NCBI RefSeq assembly: GCF_018350175.1
Contig: NC_058368.1
Location: 175,896,001-175,960,000, forward strand
Reading direction: 5' to 3'
DNA: 64,000 nucleotides
DNA from: Felis catus
Lineage: Eukaryota
A program made the position numbers and the translations under genes. The notes beneath the pieces were generated by a model. It ran no database searches. It was not told where the DNA came from and was given only the letters and a program-made list of their open reading frames with translations. Below are positions 1 to 12,457 of this stretch, piece by piece. The number at the start of each line of letters is the position of its first letter. Position 1 is the stretch's first letter.

Positions 1-1255
1 GGCAAGAAGCACCATTGGGATGAAAATACAAGTTTAATATGATGAAATGGTTAATTCTCCAAGCAGACACTAAGTTCCCAATTTATATGTACATAAAAAT
101 CATAGCTTCCAAATATATAAAAGAGGAATTGACAGAATTATAAATGTAGGCAAATCCACACTCACAATGGGAAACTTTAACACGCTTCTCTCAATAAAAG
201 GTACAGGAGGAAAAAAAATCAGTAAGGGTATATAAGATATAAACAACACAATTAACAACCTTGACTATGTACAGACCACTGCGCAGAAAAGAGTGTGCAT
301 TCTTTTCAAGCGTACATGGAACACTTACGCTGGCCATAAAAGAAGTTTCAACAAGTTTCAAAGGATTGAAATCACTCAGAATATGTTCCCTGACCGCAAA
401 AGAATTAAGCTGGAAATAAATTTCAAAAATAAGTAAAAATTCCTCAAATGCTTGGAAATTTAACAATACACTTTTAAATAGGTCAAAGAAAAAAACTTCA
501 ATGGAGATTGGAAAATATTTTTAACTAAATTATCATGAAAATACGACATATCAAAACATGGGGGATGCAACTAAACCTCTGCTAAGAGAAAACTTATACC
601 CTTAAATGCATATATTTAAAAAGAAAAAAGAATGGAAATGAATAATCTATTCATTTACCTTAAAGGTAAGAAAAATAGTAAATTGTATCTAGAGAAATGA
701 GAAGGAAAGAAATAATAAAAAACTAAGAGCAGAAATTAATAAAAATGTAAAACAAACATTCAAGAGAGAAAATCAACATGCCTGAAAGTTAGCACTTGTA
801 AAAGAATAATAAAAATAGTAGGTTTCTGAGAAGTCTGATAGGAAAATAGCAAAGAAGGCACAAATTACCAGTTTGAGTTTAAGGGAGGACATCAGTTCAT
901 GTGCTACAGATATCGAAAAGATAATTACAACTTATTACAAACAACTTAATAATGAATTTTAAATTTTAGATAAAACGGAAAACCCTTAGGCAAACAAAAC
1001 TAACAAACACTGATACAAGAGGAAATAAAAAGCCTAAAATAGTCCTATACCTATTACAGTGTTGAAGCTGTAGCTAACAATATCTATCCGAAGAAACCTC
1101 CAGGCAGAAACGGCTCTCCTCCAAGTAAATTCCTCTAAATAGTTATGGAAGAAATGGCACCAATCTTACATGAACAGTTGAATACCCTGGCAGAAAGAAA
1201 ATATTTTCTAACTTGTTGAATGAGGCCATTATAACCTTGACACCAAAAAAGACCA
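1..1255 (+). mobile_element. Old L1 (L1M-type) ORF2 5' remnant, endonuclease region, decayed
   Basis: A-rich. Bases ~300-420 translate, with a gap, to FFSSVHGTLT..HKRSFNKFQRIEITQNMFPDRKRIKLEIN, matching the end of the L1 ORF2 endonuclease domain. Many stops and frameshifts. Confidence 0.85.
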
Positions 1256-1309
1256 GAACATGGAGAAAAATTATATAAATTACACACATACATATGTGTG
1301 TATACGTAC

Positions 1310-1690
1310 ACAATAGACTCTTATTCGACCATTAAGAAAAGAAGAAAACCCTGTCATTTTGTGACAACATGGATGGACCTAGAGGGTATTATGCTAAGTG
1401 AAATAAGTCAGACAGAGAAAGACGAATACTGTACGGTCTCATTTATACATGGGTTCTAAAAATTAAAAAAAATAAATAAATCATAGATGGATACAGAGAA
1501 CAACCTGGTGGTTTCCAGAGGTGGGGAGTGGTGGTAGGCAAAATGGGCACAAGTGGTCAAAAGGTAGAAACTTCCAGTTTATAAATAAGTCCCAGGAATG
1601 TAATGTAAAGCATGGAGACTATAGTTAGTAATATTCTATATTTGAAAATTGCTAAAAGAGTAAATCTTAAAAGTTCTCATTACAGGGTAA
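1310..1690 (+). mobile_element. L1MA/carnivore-type L1 3' end nested in the older L1
   Basis: acaacatggatggacctagagggtattatgctaagtgaaataagtcagacagagaaagac (ORF2 C-terminus TWMDLEGIMLSEISQTEKD) followed by a typical L1MA 3' UTR. Confidence 0.85.
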
Positions 1691-1699
1691 AAAGACAGT

Positions 1700-2975
1700 A
1701 TGTTATTAGACCAAGGATATAAAAATAAACTCATGAAATACAATAGGGACGCTGGAAATAGACCCACATTATGCAGTCATATAATTTTATGACAAAGGTG
1801 ACACTGGAGTGCAATGTGGGGTGTGATGGTCTTACTAACAAATGGCACTTGGGTGATGAGAGAAAAAAAAAAAGACTTTTGATCACTATTATACACCACA
1901 CAATTCCAGATAGGATGTAATTGTGCAAAGTAAAATCAAGTAAAATTATAAAGCTTCTAAAAGAAAATACAGATCTTCACAACTTTGGAGTGCTCAAAGA
2001 TCACTCAAATTAAAAAAAGAAAAGAAACACACAAGAAGCATTTGCCACCCATGAAAAGACTGATAAATTGTATCTTTTAAAATCAATAGATATATTAATT
2101 TGATCAAAAATACCATTCAGACACTAAAAAATCAAGCCAAAGAGTGAGAAATGATATTTGTAATATGTATTAGCTGTTGGACTCACATACGGAATATATA
2201 ATAACTTCCACAAGTGCATAAGAAAACTCCCAATGAACCAATAGAAAAATTAACAGAAGCCTTGAATAAGCATTTGTCAAAAGAGGATATCCAAATGGCC
2301 AACAAGAAAGGTGCTTCCTCACGTTAGTCATCACAGAAATGCAAATTAAGACCACAGCAAAAATACCAACAACAACACACACTCATCAGAATGGCTAGAA
2401 TAAACCATCTTGATAATATCTAGTAATGGGATACGGCGTAACTGGAACTTCAGTGGGCATATTACTGGCATGACCGCTTTGGGAAATTGTTGATACCCAC
2501 TCTCGCCGACCACATACATACTCTGTGATACGTAATTCCTCTTTAAGGTGTATGTGGGATATACGTGTGTAAGTTTGATGCACTCAAAATTTTGAGTATT
2601 ATACAGGAATATGAATGTACAAATCACAGCTTCTCACATCCTCATCAGTGAATTTCACAAACTAATGTTGAGCAAAAAAAAAAAAAAAGAAAAATCAAAC
2701 GCTGAAGTGCACATATTATAGAATTCTATGTATATAAAGTTCAAAAAGAGAACTCGTTTTCGGCTGTAAACCTCAAAAGAGCGCTGGTTCTTGCGAGGGT
2801 AATGACTGGAAAGAAGCATAAGGGGCTTCGGGGATATCATAATGCTCTCTTCTTTGATCTGAGTTCAAGGCACAGGGGTGTACTTAGTGTGTGAAAATTC
2901 ACCTAAGCGTTCCCTTATGGTTTATATACTTCCATATATGGCTATACTTCCATAAAAAGTTTACTAAAAACTAAA
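1700..2975 (+). mobile_element. Old L1 (L1ME/MD-like) ORF2 3' part and 3' UTR
   Basis: Decayed L1 motifs (gaaatagacccacat..tgacaaaggtg; aagaggatatccaaatggccaac; gaaatgcaaattaagaccaca), ending in ...cataaaaagtttactaaaaa. Confidence 0.8.
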
Positions 2976-3164
2976 AGGGAGACAGATTAACTTTGTCATG
3001 TGCTGATGCTCATGACCTCGATGTCCTAAGGCCTTTGGCTTTTGAACCTAAGTAACTACTTACTCATCCATTTAGTCATTTATTCAACAAATACGCATTT
3101 GCCGCACTGGTGAGCCAGTCAGCAACACCCTTGACCTTGCAGAGCTTCTATTTTAGTAGAAGGA

Positions 3165-3584
3165 AGTTGACAGCGGACCAGGATAGGCTCTATCAGTGGG
3201 CTCCCTTGTCCTCCAGCTTCTGGAGGATGTGGACAATGGGAGAGCCAGCAGAAGGGCCAGAATTGGGGGAGAAAGGGAGGTTAGCATATTTATTTCCTCA
3301 GCTCCTTCCCTGTGGGAGTGCCACAGGCAGACCGTGTCCCCCCAGTAAAGACCCTGCTGCTGCCAGGCAGCCCTCCTCATGCAGCTTCTCTCTCTGGGTA
3401 CTGAAGACTGTCCCATCCACCTGGTGGTGTCAGCTCCCAGCTGAGGCCAGCACCAGGATCCTACAGCATCCCTACTGCTTCCCCAAACTCTGCCCCCACC
3501 TTTATAAACAGTTCCTAATTAAACTCCTCAAATGACCCACTGTGACTGCTTCCTACGTCCTGTCAAGACGCCGACTGGTGCACA
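3165..3584 (+). mobile_element. ERV-L solo LTR, LTR33-like, inserted in an L2 fragment
   Basis: 3' end cctttataaacagttcctaattaaactcctcaaatgaccc...ccgactggtgcaca resembles the LTR33 terminus. A homologous copy lies inverted at 25731-26219. Confidence 0.7.
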
Positions 3585-3924
3585 AGATGAGTTTTAGCCA
3601 GGCAGAAGGGAGATGAAGGAAAATAAAGCAAAGCGATGTGATGGAAAGCAGCTGGTAGGAGGCAGTTTACATCAGATAGGGTGGTCAGGGAAGGCCTTGC
3701 TGCGAATGGAGCCATTTCTGTTGGAAACTGAAGGACAAAGAGATCTGGTCATGAGAAGAGCCAATTAAATATCGCCATTTGTCCTTTGATGTGCTGATCA
3801 TACCCCAGTGTCAAACAGTTTCCTTCCGAGAGGCTTGAATGTGTATGCCCTGTAATTCCCCCAGGAAGGGGTAATTAAGCAACATTTCCCAAACTACTTG
3901 GACCCAGAACCTTTTTCTCTAGAG

Positions 3925-4235
3925 CAGCGCTGTCCAATAAAAACCTAATGCCAGCCACATGTGTAATTTTAAAACTTTTAGCAGCCACATTAAAATAAAT
4001 AAAATAGGTAAATCTAATTCTGAGAATATATTTTATTCAATACAATCCATCCAAATATTATCAGCTCAACATATAATTAATATAAAATTATTAATGAGGT
4101 ATTTTCCATTCTTTTTCGAAGACTAGCACTGAGGCCTTAAAATCTGGTGAGTTTTGAACGTTTCCAGCACATCTCATTCTAGACACATGTCAAGTGCTCA
4201 GTAGCCACATATGGCTACCATATTGAACAGTGCAG
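3925..4235. mobile_element. hAT-Charlie MITE, MER33/MER3-like
   Basis: Terminal inverted repeats cagcgctgtccaata ... tattgaacagtgcag, internal tagccacat motifs, ~310 bp. Confidence 0.85.
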
Positions 4236-4427
4236 CCCCAGTGACCGGTGTGGGTCTTCTGTTCTGCCAGGTACTCTTTAGGAAACCTTGCCCTAAAAAG
4301 AGACCCATGGCTAGAACCTCCCTACCAGGGTCAAGATATAAGACATGACAAGAGTCTCTAGGTCAAATTATAAAGGGTATCATCCCAGACGATTGGTGAG
4401 GCATTTTGGAAAACAACCTACAGAAGA

Positions 4428-4650
4428 TTTTTTTTAAGTTTATTTATTTATTTTTGAGAGAGACAGAGACAGTGCAAATGGAGGTGGGGCAGAGAGAGAG
4501 GGAGAGAGAGAATCCCAAGCAGACTCTACTCCTGTCAGCAGAGAGCCTGATGGGGGAGGGGGAGGGCTCGAACCCACAAAACTGTGAGATCATGACCTGA
4601 GCCCAAACCAAGAGTCAGACACTTAACCGACTGAGCCAATCGGGCACCCC
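4428..4650 (-). mobile_element. Can-SINE (SINEC)
   Basis: Poly(T) and (GA)n tail on + strand, tRNA-derived head ending ...ctgagccaatcgggcacccc. TSD-like gaagattttt/gaaagattttt. Confidence 0.95.
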
Positions 4651-4690
4651 TGAAAGATTTTTTTTTTTTTAAACTAAAAAGTAAAAGACA

Positions 4691-4902
4691 AGGGACGCCT
4701 GGCTGGCTCAGTCAGTTGAGTGTCCAACTTCGGCTCAGGTCATGATGTCATGGTTTGTGTGTTCAAGCCCTGCATCGGGCTCTGTGCTGACAGCTCAGAG
4801 CCTGGGATCTGCTTTGGATTCTGTGTCTCCCTCTCCCTCTGCCCTTCCCTTGCTCACGGTTTCCCATTCTCTCAAAAATAAACACAAAAACAAAATTTTT
4901 TT
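4691..4902 (+). mobile_element. Can-SINE (SINEC_Fc type)
   Basis: gggacgcctggctggctcagtcagtt head, CT-rich body, A-rich tail. TSD aaagtaaaagaca (4678-4690) / aaagtaagagaca (4903-4915). Confidence 0.95.
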
Positions 4903-4944
4903 AAAGTAAGAGACAGGACGTGGGGTGAAATCTTTTTGTACAAT

Positions 4945-5350
4945 GCTGTTTTGGTCATCTTTTGCTATGTAATAAGTCACCCCCAAATTTAGTGGCTTCA
5001 AACAACAACATTTCTTTGCTTGGGCAGTATTTGGTGGGGACAGCTCATCTCTGCTCTATGTGGCATCAGTGAGGGCAGTTTGGCTGCACCTGGAAGATGC
5101 ATTTTCCAGGTGATTCACTCAAATGGCTGGCAAGTTGGTGTGGCTGTTAGCCGGGAGGTCAGGTAGACTATCAACAAGTAGAGAACCATCATGGGCCTCT
5201 CCACATGGCTACTTGAGCTGCCTCCCAGCATGGTGGCAGGAGAAAGCAGAACCCACCAGGCTTGTCAAGGCTAGGCCTTGCACTGACACAGATTGTTTCT
5301 GCCCTGATTTGAGGTGAAGACACAGATCCCACCTCTGGGTGTAAAAGGGA
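4945..5350 (-). mobile_element. MaLR LTR (MLT1F/H-like)
   Basis: gctatgtaataagtcacccccaaatttagtggcttcaaacaacaa and cactcaaatggctggcaagttggtg are typical antisense MLT1F-H segments. Confidence 0.7.
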
Positions 5351-5519
5351 GACAAAGAATTCGTGACGATCTCTGATCCACCACAGATGCCGAAGTACTT
5401 TCAAATCCATATTTGTTCTTCCCAGTAGTTTTTAATTTGTTTTTAAAATAAGCTTGAAATAAATATGACAAAATCTTAACAATGTATGCAATGTGTGGAA
5501 CACATCCCCATTAGCATCT

Positions 5520-6250
5520 CACAGTGGTAGGATAGATTTGTCACAATTAATGAACCAGTGTTGATACCTAAGTAATTTCATTCAATTCCGTCATTTATTT
5601 AGACTTCTGTGGTTTGAAACTAATGCTCTTCAGTCCCAGGATCCTGTCTAGGATGCCACTTTATATTTAACTGTCACGTCTCCCCAGGGTCCTCTTGGCT
5701 GTGACAACTTCTCAGACTTTCCTTGTTTATGACCTTGGAAGTTTTGAAGAGCACTGATCAGGTACAGGGCAGGATGCCCTACTACTGGTATTTGTCTGGT
5801 GTTTTCCTCATGATTAGATTGAGGTTATGGGTTTGGGAGAGAAAGATCGCAGAGGTGAAGTGCTATTTTCACTACAACATATCAAGGGTACATGCTATCA
5901 ACATGATTTATGACTGTTGATGTTGACCCTGATCCGCTGGCAGAGATGTTTTTCAAGTCTCTCCACTGGGAAGTCCCCTTTTTCCCCCTTTCAGACAGTG
6001 TCTTCTTTGGAAGGCAGTTGCTATGTGCAGTGCACGTGAGTGGGGAGTTATGCTCCTCTCCTTTAAGATGAAGTATCTTCCTACTTTATCTGGAATTCAT
6101 CTGCACAGGTGAGTTGTTTCTTCTACCCTGTTTATTAACTTATCAATCATTTGTTTATACCCGTATGGACTCGTGGATATTTATTTTATACTTTGGGTAA
6201 TAAAGCAACACGACTTTATTTTGTTGCTCAATTTGGCCATCAGGGTGCTT
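5520..6250 (-). mobile_element. L1MC-type 3' UTR fragment
   Basis: cccaggatcctgtctaggatgccac...atgaccttggaagttttgaagagcactgatcagg...cctcatgattagattgaggttatggg is characteristic of antisense L1MC4-like 3' ends. Confidence 0.75.
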
Positions 6251-7228
6251 TCATTTACTTAGCAACATTTTCTTGGATACTATCACCGCCGTGAGAAAAA
6301 CAGGAAAAAGGCAGTTCATTCAAGTGCCCGGAACCAGTCCAGGATATGACAGCCCACCTTGATTTCCAAATCTCCACTGCACACACTTAGCCCGCCCTGG
6401 GGCTGTTGCTGCTGCCCGGAGGATGGGCTAAGGTCCCCAAGCAGCTCGTCCAAGAACGTCAAAGAAGTCATCACTAGTCGTAGAAGGTCCTTGTGTGTGC
6501 GGCTGCCCCATATTCTGAAAGTTTATAGCCAAGGAAAGGGTAATTATATACCTCAACGGAGAAACAAAAACTATGTGAGCAGCACCGGGACATCATGAAG
6601 TGGTTCCAGTCTCTATAAATAGTGCTGTCCTCGTCCTCAACCATCTGAGGAACAAATTAAAGCTTGCCTCGGTGCTGAGCATGAACCCACTGCCCTGCCC
6701 CACCCCAGGGCTCCACAGGGCTTCACCGAGAGGACCACGGATGACCGACAGACCAACGTCCAGGAACACGTCTACTCCCTAATGCACTCTTGTGACACGC
6801 CGTTGCTCTAGACCCTCACAAACAACCTCCACGATGGCTACAGACCCCCAGGAACCAGTGTCCCTGCCATGGGCAGTGACTGCACAGATAACTTCTCTTC
6901 TTATCCAACAGAAAACAATCTTGAGAAATAAACTGGCTCTGGATGGAAAGTATAAAAAATACCCCCACAAAGAAAAGGGCCTATTTGAAGAAACTTTCAT
7001 ACGTGATCAACATTGTGTCAATGGGGTAGACCTGGGGCTTTGTGTGGGGAAAAAAAATTACTTCAAGCTTGATCTCCAAACACGCTCAGGAAGTCATTCA
7101 AATGCGAGGCCCTTTCAGTCCCCAAGTTCCCAGTGACACGGGGCAAATTCTATGGCACTGCTGTGATGCAGATTTTTTTAACACAGCAAATTCTTTTTTT
7201 TTTCAAGTCCAGAACCTCTCTTTGCAAG

Positions 7229-7434
7229 TTTTTTTTTTTTAAGTTTATTTATGTTTGAGAGAGAGAGAGCATGCATGAGAGGGGCAGAGAAAGAGAGAGA
7301 GAGAGAGAGAGAATCCCAAGCAGGCTCCACACTGTCAGCACGGAGCCTAGTGCGGGGCTCAAACTCAAAAAACCGTGAGATTATGACCTGAGCCAAAGTC
7401 AGATACTTAACCGACTGAGCCACCAAGGTGTCCC
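7229..7434 (-). mobile_element. Can-SINE
   Basis: Poly(T), (GA)n, head ending caccaaggtgtccc. TSD tgcaagt(t/a)ttttt. Confidence 0.95.
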
Positions 7435-7492
7435 TGCAAGTATTTTTAAAACAAAGTTTTATGATAAGGTATTTCAAACATTTAGGCAAGCC

Positions 7493-7715
7493 TTTTTTTT
7501 TTTAATCAATTTATTTTGAGAGACAGAGACAGCACACATGGGGGGGGGGGGCGGGGGAGCAGTGCAGAGAGAGAGGGAAAGAGAGAATTCCAACCAGGCT
7601 CTGCATCACAAGTGCAGAGCCCGATGTGGGGCTCGAACCGACGAAGCCGTGAGATCATGACCTGAGCCGAAACCCAGAGTCGGACGCTTGACCGACTGAG
7701 CCATGCAGGCACCCC
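7493..7715 (-). mobile_element. Can-SINE
   Basis: Full element. 17-bp TSD tcaaacatttaggcaag (7474-7490 and 7717-7733). Confidence 0.95.
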
Positions 7716-7797
7716 ATCAAACATTTAGGCAAGTCTTGAGGATATTAGTCCACACTGCAACCTCTAACCAATTTTATCAAGTCTTCACATTATGCCA

Positions 7798-8016
7798 TTT
7801 TTTTTAATTTTTTTTTTTACATTTATTTACTTTTGATAGAGAGACAGAGCACATGTGGAGGAGGGGCAGAGAGAGAAGGAGACACAGAATCGGAAGCAGG
7901 CTCCAGGCTCTGAACTGACAGCACAGAACCCGATGCGGGGCTTGAACTCACAAACCATGAGATCATGACCTGAGCTGAAGTCGGACGCTTAACCGACTGA
8001 GCCACCCAGGCGCCCC
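7798..8016 (-). mobile_element. Can-SINE (SINEC_Fc type)
   Basis: Full element ending gccacccaggcgcccc. TSD acattatgccattttt. Confidence 0.95.
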
Positions 8017-9019
8017 ACATTATGCCATTTTTGCCATACATCGTATTGCAGAACGCTTGCAGCCTCTGTGCACATGCTCACTCCTCGTCCCACTGTCCCA
8101 CACCCGCCCCTAGCTAGCGTAGGTATTCCTGGCCATTCACATCACCCTCCTCTCTCCTCCCTCCCACGACCCCGTTAGCTCCGCCCAGTGCAGCAGCAGG
8201 TGACCGTGGCAGGAAGGACGGACTGGAGGAGACCTCCTCGCAGAGCGCAGAGCGGCTCAGCCAGTGAAGAGGCCTGCTGAGCACAACTGTTAGGAAGCGG
8301 AGTGGGGTCTGGAGGAGAGAAAAGATGAAAAAGTACGGTTGTAGGGCTTGAAATGCATCTCAACCTTCCAAAGACAAAATAGGCCGCATCAGAAAATATC
8401 ATCTGTTTTGCCCAAACTCTCTTTTGTTGTTAAGTTGCGGGGCTCAGGATGAAAACGTCAACGTTCAAAGACGTCCCATGTGCTTTGTTCTCTTAAGGAC
8501 CTGAGAGACAGGATGTGGGAGGCCTCAGGGTCGGAAGAACAGAGAAGGGCACAGCACTGGAAAACACGGGTGAGGCCGACGCTGATTTGGCTGCACAATA
8601 CTGTTAAGGTCCAATGATGTGTTAAGTGTTATCGGACTTCTAAAAACTATTCAAAAAGCTAGGGAACGTTTTGACAGACTAGTGGGTTCCAAAATTCTAT
8701 TTCTGCAAGATTTCTGCTGACTAAATTAATGCTATATGGATAGGTTCTTTCAGGGACATTAACTGAGACGAGCTATAGACACACAAACATAAAGAGGGCG
8801 GGGAGGACCCCAAACCACACTCATGTGCTACATTTCCAAACAAACTAAACTTAAATCTTGTTAGTGACCCCTGAATTAAACCCAACCAAAGCCTTTTCAA
8901 AAAAGCACTTGCCAGACTGGTTCAAACCGGCAGCACATGTCTGTTTCCAAAACTATAGACCCAGACCCAAGTCCAGTGTCAGGTATAGTCACGTGAAGGG
9001 AAGGAAACGGTCAAGGGCA

Positions 9020-9180
9020 TGCTTGGTACCAGGCATTGTAATGGATGTTTCACTTTCTATGGCTTATTTAATCCTCACAAAACCCTCTGAGGGATGACAT
9101 TAATCCCACTTGATACAAGAGAACGTCGGAACTCAGAGAGGTTAAGCACCCTGCACAAGGTAACACAGCCAGCAAGCAAT
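9020..9180 (-). mobile_element. MIR
   Basis: ttatttaatcctcacaaaaccctctgag...actcagagaggttaagcaccctgcacaaggtaacacagccag is the MIR core in antisense. Confidence 0.7.
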
Positions 9181-9796
9181 TTATATGGACGAGCCTTGGG
9201 TTAAACACGATACGTGAGCTCCTATTTTTCTACGGTGATCTCACTGTGTCTTTGTGTTGGTTGAGCTGTTTCAGATTGCAGAGGACAAAGGAATGCTCAC
9301 GTCCTCTCTGGACCTGGGGATGAATTGTAGGAATCCAGTGAAGGAGCCCAGGAAGCAAACACAAACACAGCAACCAGTCTCAGGCTGCTTGTGAAATGCA
9401 ACAGTGACCAGTCCTCTTAGGGGGGCAACGTGGCTGCTGATTCTAGTGACACTGCCTCTCTCAATATATGGTTCCTCCATCTCTCCTTCTCTCTCCCTCT
9501 CTCTCTCCTGGTCTGATTGCCTCACACTTTCTGCCTCACGGCTCCTTCCTCTGTTCCCACCATGCCCCGATGCGGTGTATGTGTCTCCATTTTCAGAGGT
9601 CAGGTTGGTAGAATGCCTTCCACTCTAGGCACTGGATGGGTGGACATCCTCACATGTCTAGCCAGTCGTCGGTCCAATCATGTGTGACCGGGAAAGTGAA
9701 GTCACATGACACAGATGTGGTTAATTACACAGAAGAGGCCGTGTTCCTCAGAAAGGAGGTGTGGGTGTGGCAGGCCCTTGGTGTCTCCAAGGCTTC

Positions 9797-10202
9797 CATA
9801 TTGGTGCCCTGTGGCTGCCATTACAAAGTATCCCAAATTGAATGGCTTAAATGCAACAGATCTTTATTCTCCCACACAGTATAGGAGGCTGGAGGTCTGA
9901 AATCAAGGTCACCGGGGCTGTGCTCCCCACAAAGGCACCAGGGGAGATACCTTCCTTGCCTCTTCCAGTTGCTGGTGGCCCCAGATGTCCCTTGGCCTGT
10001 GGCTGCTTCCCTCCAACCTCTGCTTCTGCCTCCACACGGTCTTCTTCCCACCATGTTTCTCTATGTCCTCTCCTCTTATTATAAGGACACTAGTCATTGG
10101 ATTTAGGGCCCACCCTAAATCCAATTTCCTCAGAAAGTCACATTCTGGGTTTCCAGGTAGATATAAACTTGGGGGGGGGGGTTCACTATTTAAACCATTA
10201 CA
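9797..10202 (-). mobile_element. MaLR solo LTR (MLT1C-like)
   Basis: gtggctgccattacaaagtatcccaaattgaatggcttaaa...ggaggctggaggtctgaaatcaagg...ataaggacactagtcattggatttagggcccaccctaaatcca...accattaca. Confidence 0.8.
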
Positions 10203-10754
10203 GCCTCTCGTCGGTACACTGTAGTATCCCACAACACTCCCCAAAGGGTACCAAGGGCTCTGAGGCAACAGGGGTCATGCCTTGGTCACTTCTTTTGGAT
10301 GTGCTTTAGTAGGTGCTGGCTAACTACCTACTAAGTGACCCAGAATAGACCAGAAAAAAATTCTGAGAGGTCAACCTCACTTTACTAAAGCCCCTACCTT
10401 TTGCATATTTCTCTACCCTTCTGTGGCATCCTGCATTCATCATGGCTGCCTGGTGGCAATTTTCTGGGCACCGTCCGAAGAGATGTGGGTTTGCGACTTC
10501 GCCTGTCATCTGGGCGGAGGTCTGACACCATAGCCTCTCCATCCTGCAGCCGACCCAGTACGGTCTCTGCAGATCTAACCCCGACTTCTAGTGTGTTCCG
10601 GCCCACGAGCCAACTGGGTCCAAAATCTATGCTGAGGTTCTCTTCGTGTTCCTTCTCCATCGCCTGAGGAGGAGGGAGATGGTTCCTGTTCCAGTCTGGC
10701 CTCGTTCACTACATGTTCTCTGGTGGGAAAGCAAAGCAAAGCAAAGCAAACCCC

Positions 10755-10867
10755 AGAACTCTGGTTTGGTTCTTCGTGATATAAAAACTATTTGGATTTG
10801 GTTCGAGGTTGAGCAAACCGGTGCAGTTTGTTCCGGTTTTTGGTTCAGAGTTCAGGCCAAGTCCCTG
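10755..10867 (-). mobile_element. Ancient hAT-like DNA transposon terminus (MamRep38/MamTip-like; family uncertain)
   Basis: Reverse strand reads caggg...aaaaaccggaacaaactgcaccggttt...cgaaccaaa: a CAGGG terminus with repeated AACC(G) subterminal motifs. Confidence 0.45.
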
Positions 10868-12397
10868 ATCCAGACAGAAAGAATGTCCCTGGAATGCCTC
10901 TTCCAAGTAGGCCTCAACAGCTGAAAGGGCTGGGTGTCCAGACAGAGGCCGCCTGCTCAGTAGACACCCAGGGACTTCCCTGCAGCTCCAAGCACAGGCC
11001 CCCAGGGCCTTGGGGACAGGGTTTGGCAGCACATCTGGCCCAGTTCTCCAAGGGCCGAGCCGGAAGGTCATGCTGCCTTCCACAGACTGCAAGCAGAACG
11101 CCACTGCCCCAAGGGCCAGGCAGCCTGCCCTCAACCCAGAGGACTGGGGAGAGAATGGGGGCAGCTGGGTGGTGGGCGTCACTGTGTAGATCTGTTACAG
11201 TTTCCACATAAGCACGGCTCCTGTGATCTCGGTCAAGGCTGAGTGGGAAACAATGTGGCTGGGTGGGCACTGGAGGAGCCAACCAGAGGCATTCAATTTC
11301 AAGCTGTTTTTAGCCTGGTGCTCCTTCTGCAAGGCTGGCTGCTCTGAGAGGCTCACAAAGGAACACGCCTGCCTGCCTTTGGCAGGCACTGATTCACAGC
11401 ACAGTTTCTGGGGGCTGTGCCGCGGTTTCCCTCCCCAGCCAGGAAGCCAGGCAGAGCCGAGGACAAGGCATCAGGAGTGCTTATCCCCAGGGAGCAACTG
11501 CAGGGGACAGAGCAGCTGGGGGCACTGGGGACACCTGGCAGTGAGTCATCTATCAAGAATTTTGAAAGGAAGATACATATTTCCACTCTAGTCTCCCTCC
11601 CACGCTGACTGCACATCAAAGGGGTCCTCGGATGCAGGGAACTCGTCAGCTGGGTCGATCAGGCCCCGACTGCTGGAAACCGGAGGGCCAGGACCAAAAG
11701 GCACGTCCCCGAGGGACTGCCCCAATTCTGCAATGTGGGAAGACACACACCTCTGGCCACCACGCACGGAGCTGACAAACGCTGTCAAGGGAAACGGGAG
11801 GAAAGTTCTGAGACGATCTCTAGTCCAAATGCCTCCGTTGCCCAGGCTTATTTTTCCTATCCTTCCCCTTTAAATAATCGACCAAAAGGCAGCCTTATCA
11901 AAGGCAAGTCGGGTGTTCCCTGACTTAGCTTGCAGCCATTTGCATTCTGCCCCGGCTGCCTGGATAGCGAACACCGCCTGAGACACAATCCAGAAATATT
12001 TCCTAGTGCTGGCCGCCCTGACAGGATTAGACCGCCAGCACATGTGATTTCAGCTGGGTGTGCTTTGTGTTAAACTATGCTTGCTACGTGCTGGATTCAA
12101 TTATAGGTTTTCTTACATTTACATCTTCATTAGTACTACATTGCCGAGTAGACGGAATGTGCTGTCAGCTTTGGGAAAAAAAAAAAAAAAAGTGTTATTT
12201 TTTTTTTTTCAAGGATTCAACACTGTCCAGTCCTATTAAAAAAAGAAAGGAAAAGAAAATCTTGGCTCAAGCATACATTGCTAATGGGCATGGAATTGAT
12301 TCACGAGTCTCCGAGTCTAGTTGTATAAAAGTAATTACTGGAACCTCGAGTAATTGGTTCCATATTCAATATTCACAGAAGGCTGCACATGTTTTAC

Positions 12398-12457
12398 ATA
12401 TATATATGTATGTGTATATATATATATATACATATATATGTATATATATATATATAT
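12398..12457. repeat. (TA)n microsatellite, imperfect
   Basis: Directly visible. Confidence 0.95.

Noticed and set aside
6613..6622. MEF2/TATA-like ctataaatag as a promoter
   Set aside because: Single isolated motif with no CpG island or downstream gene structure.
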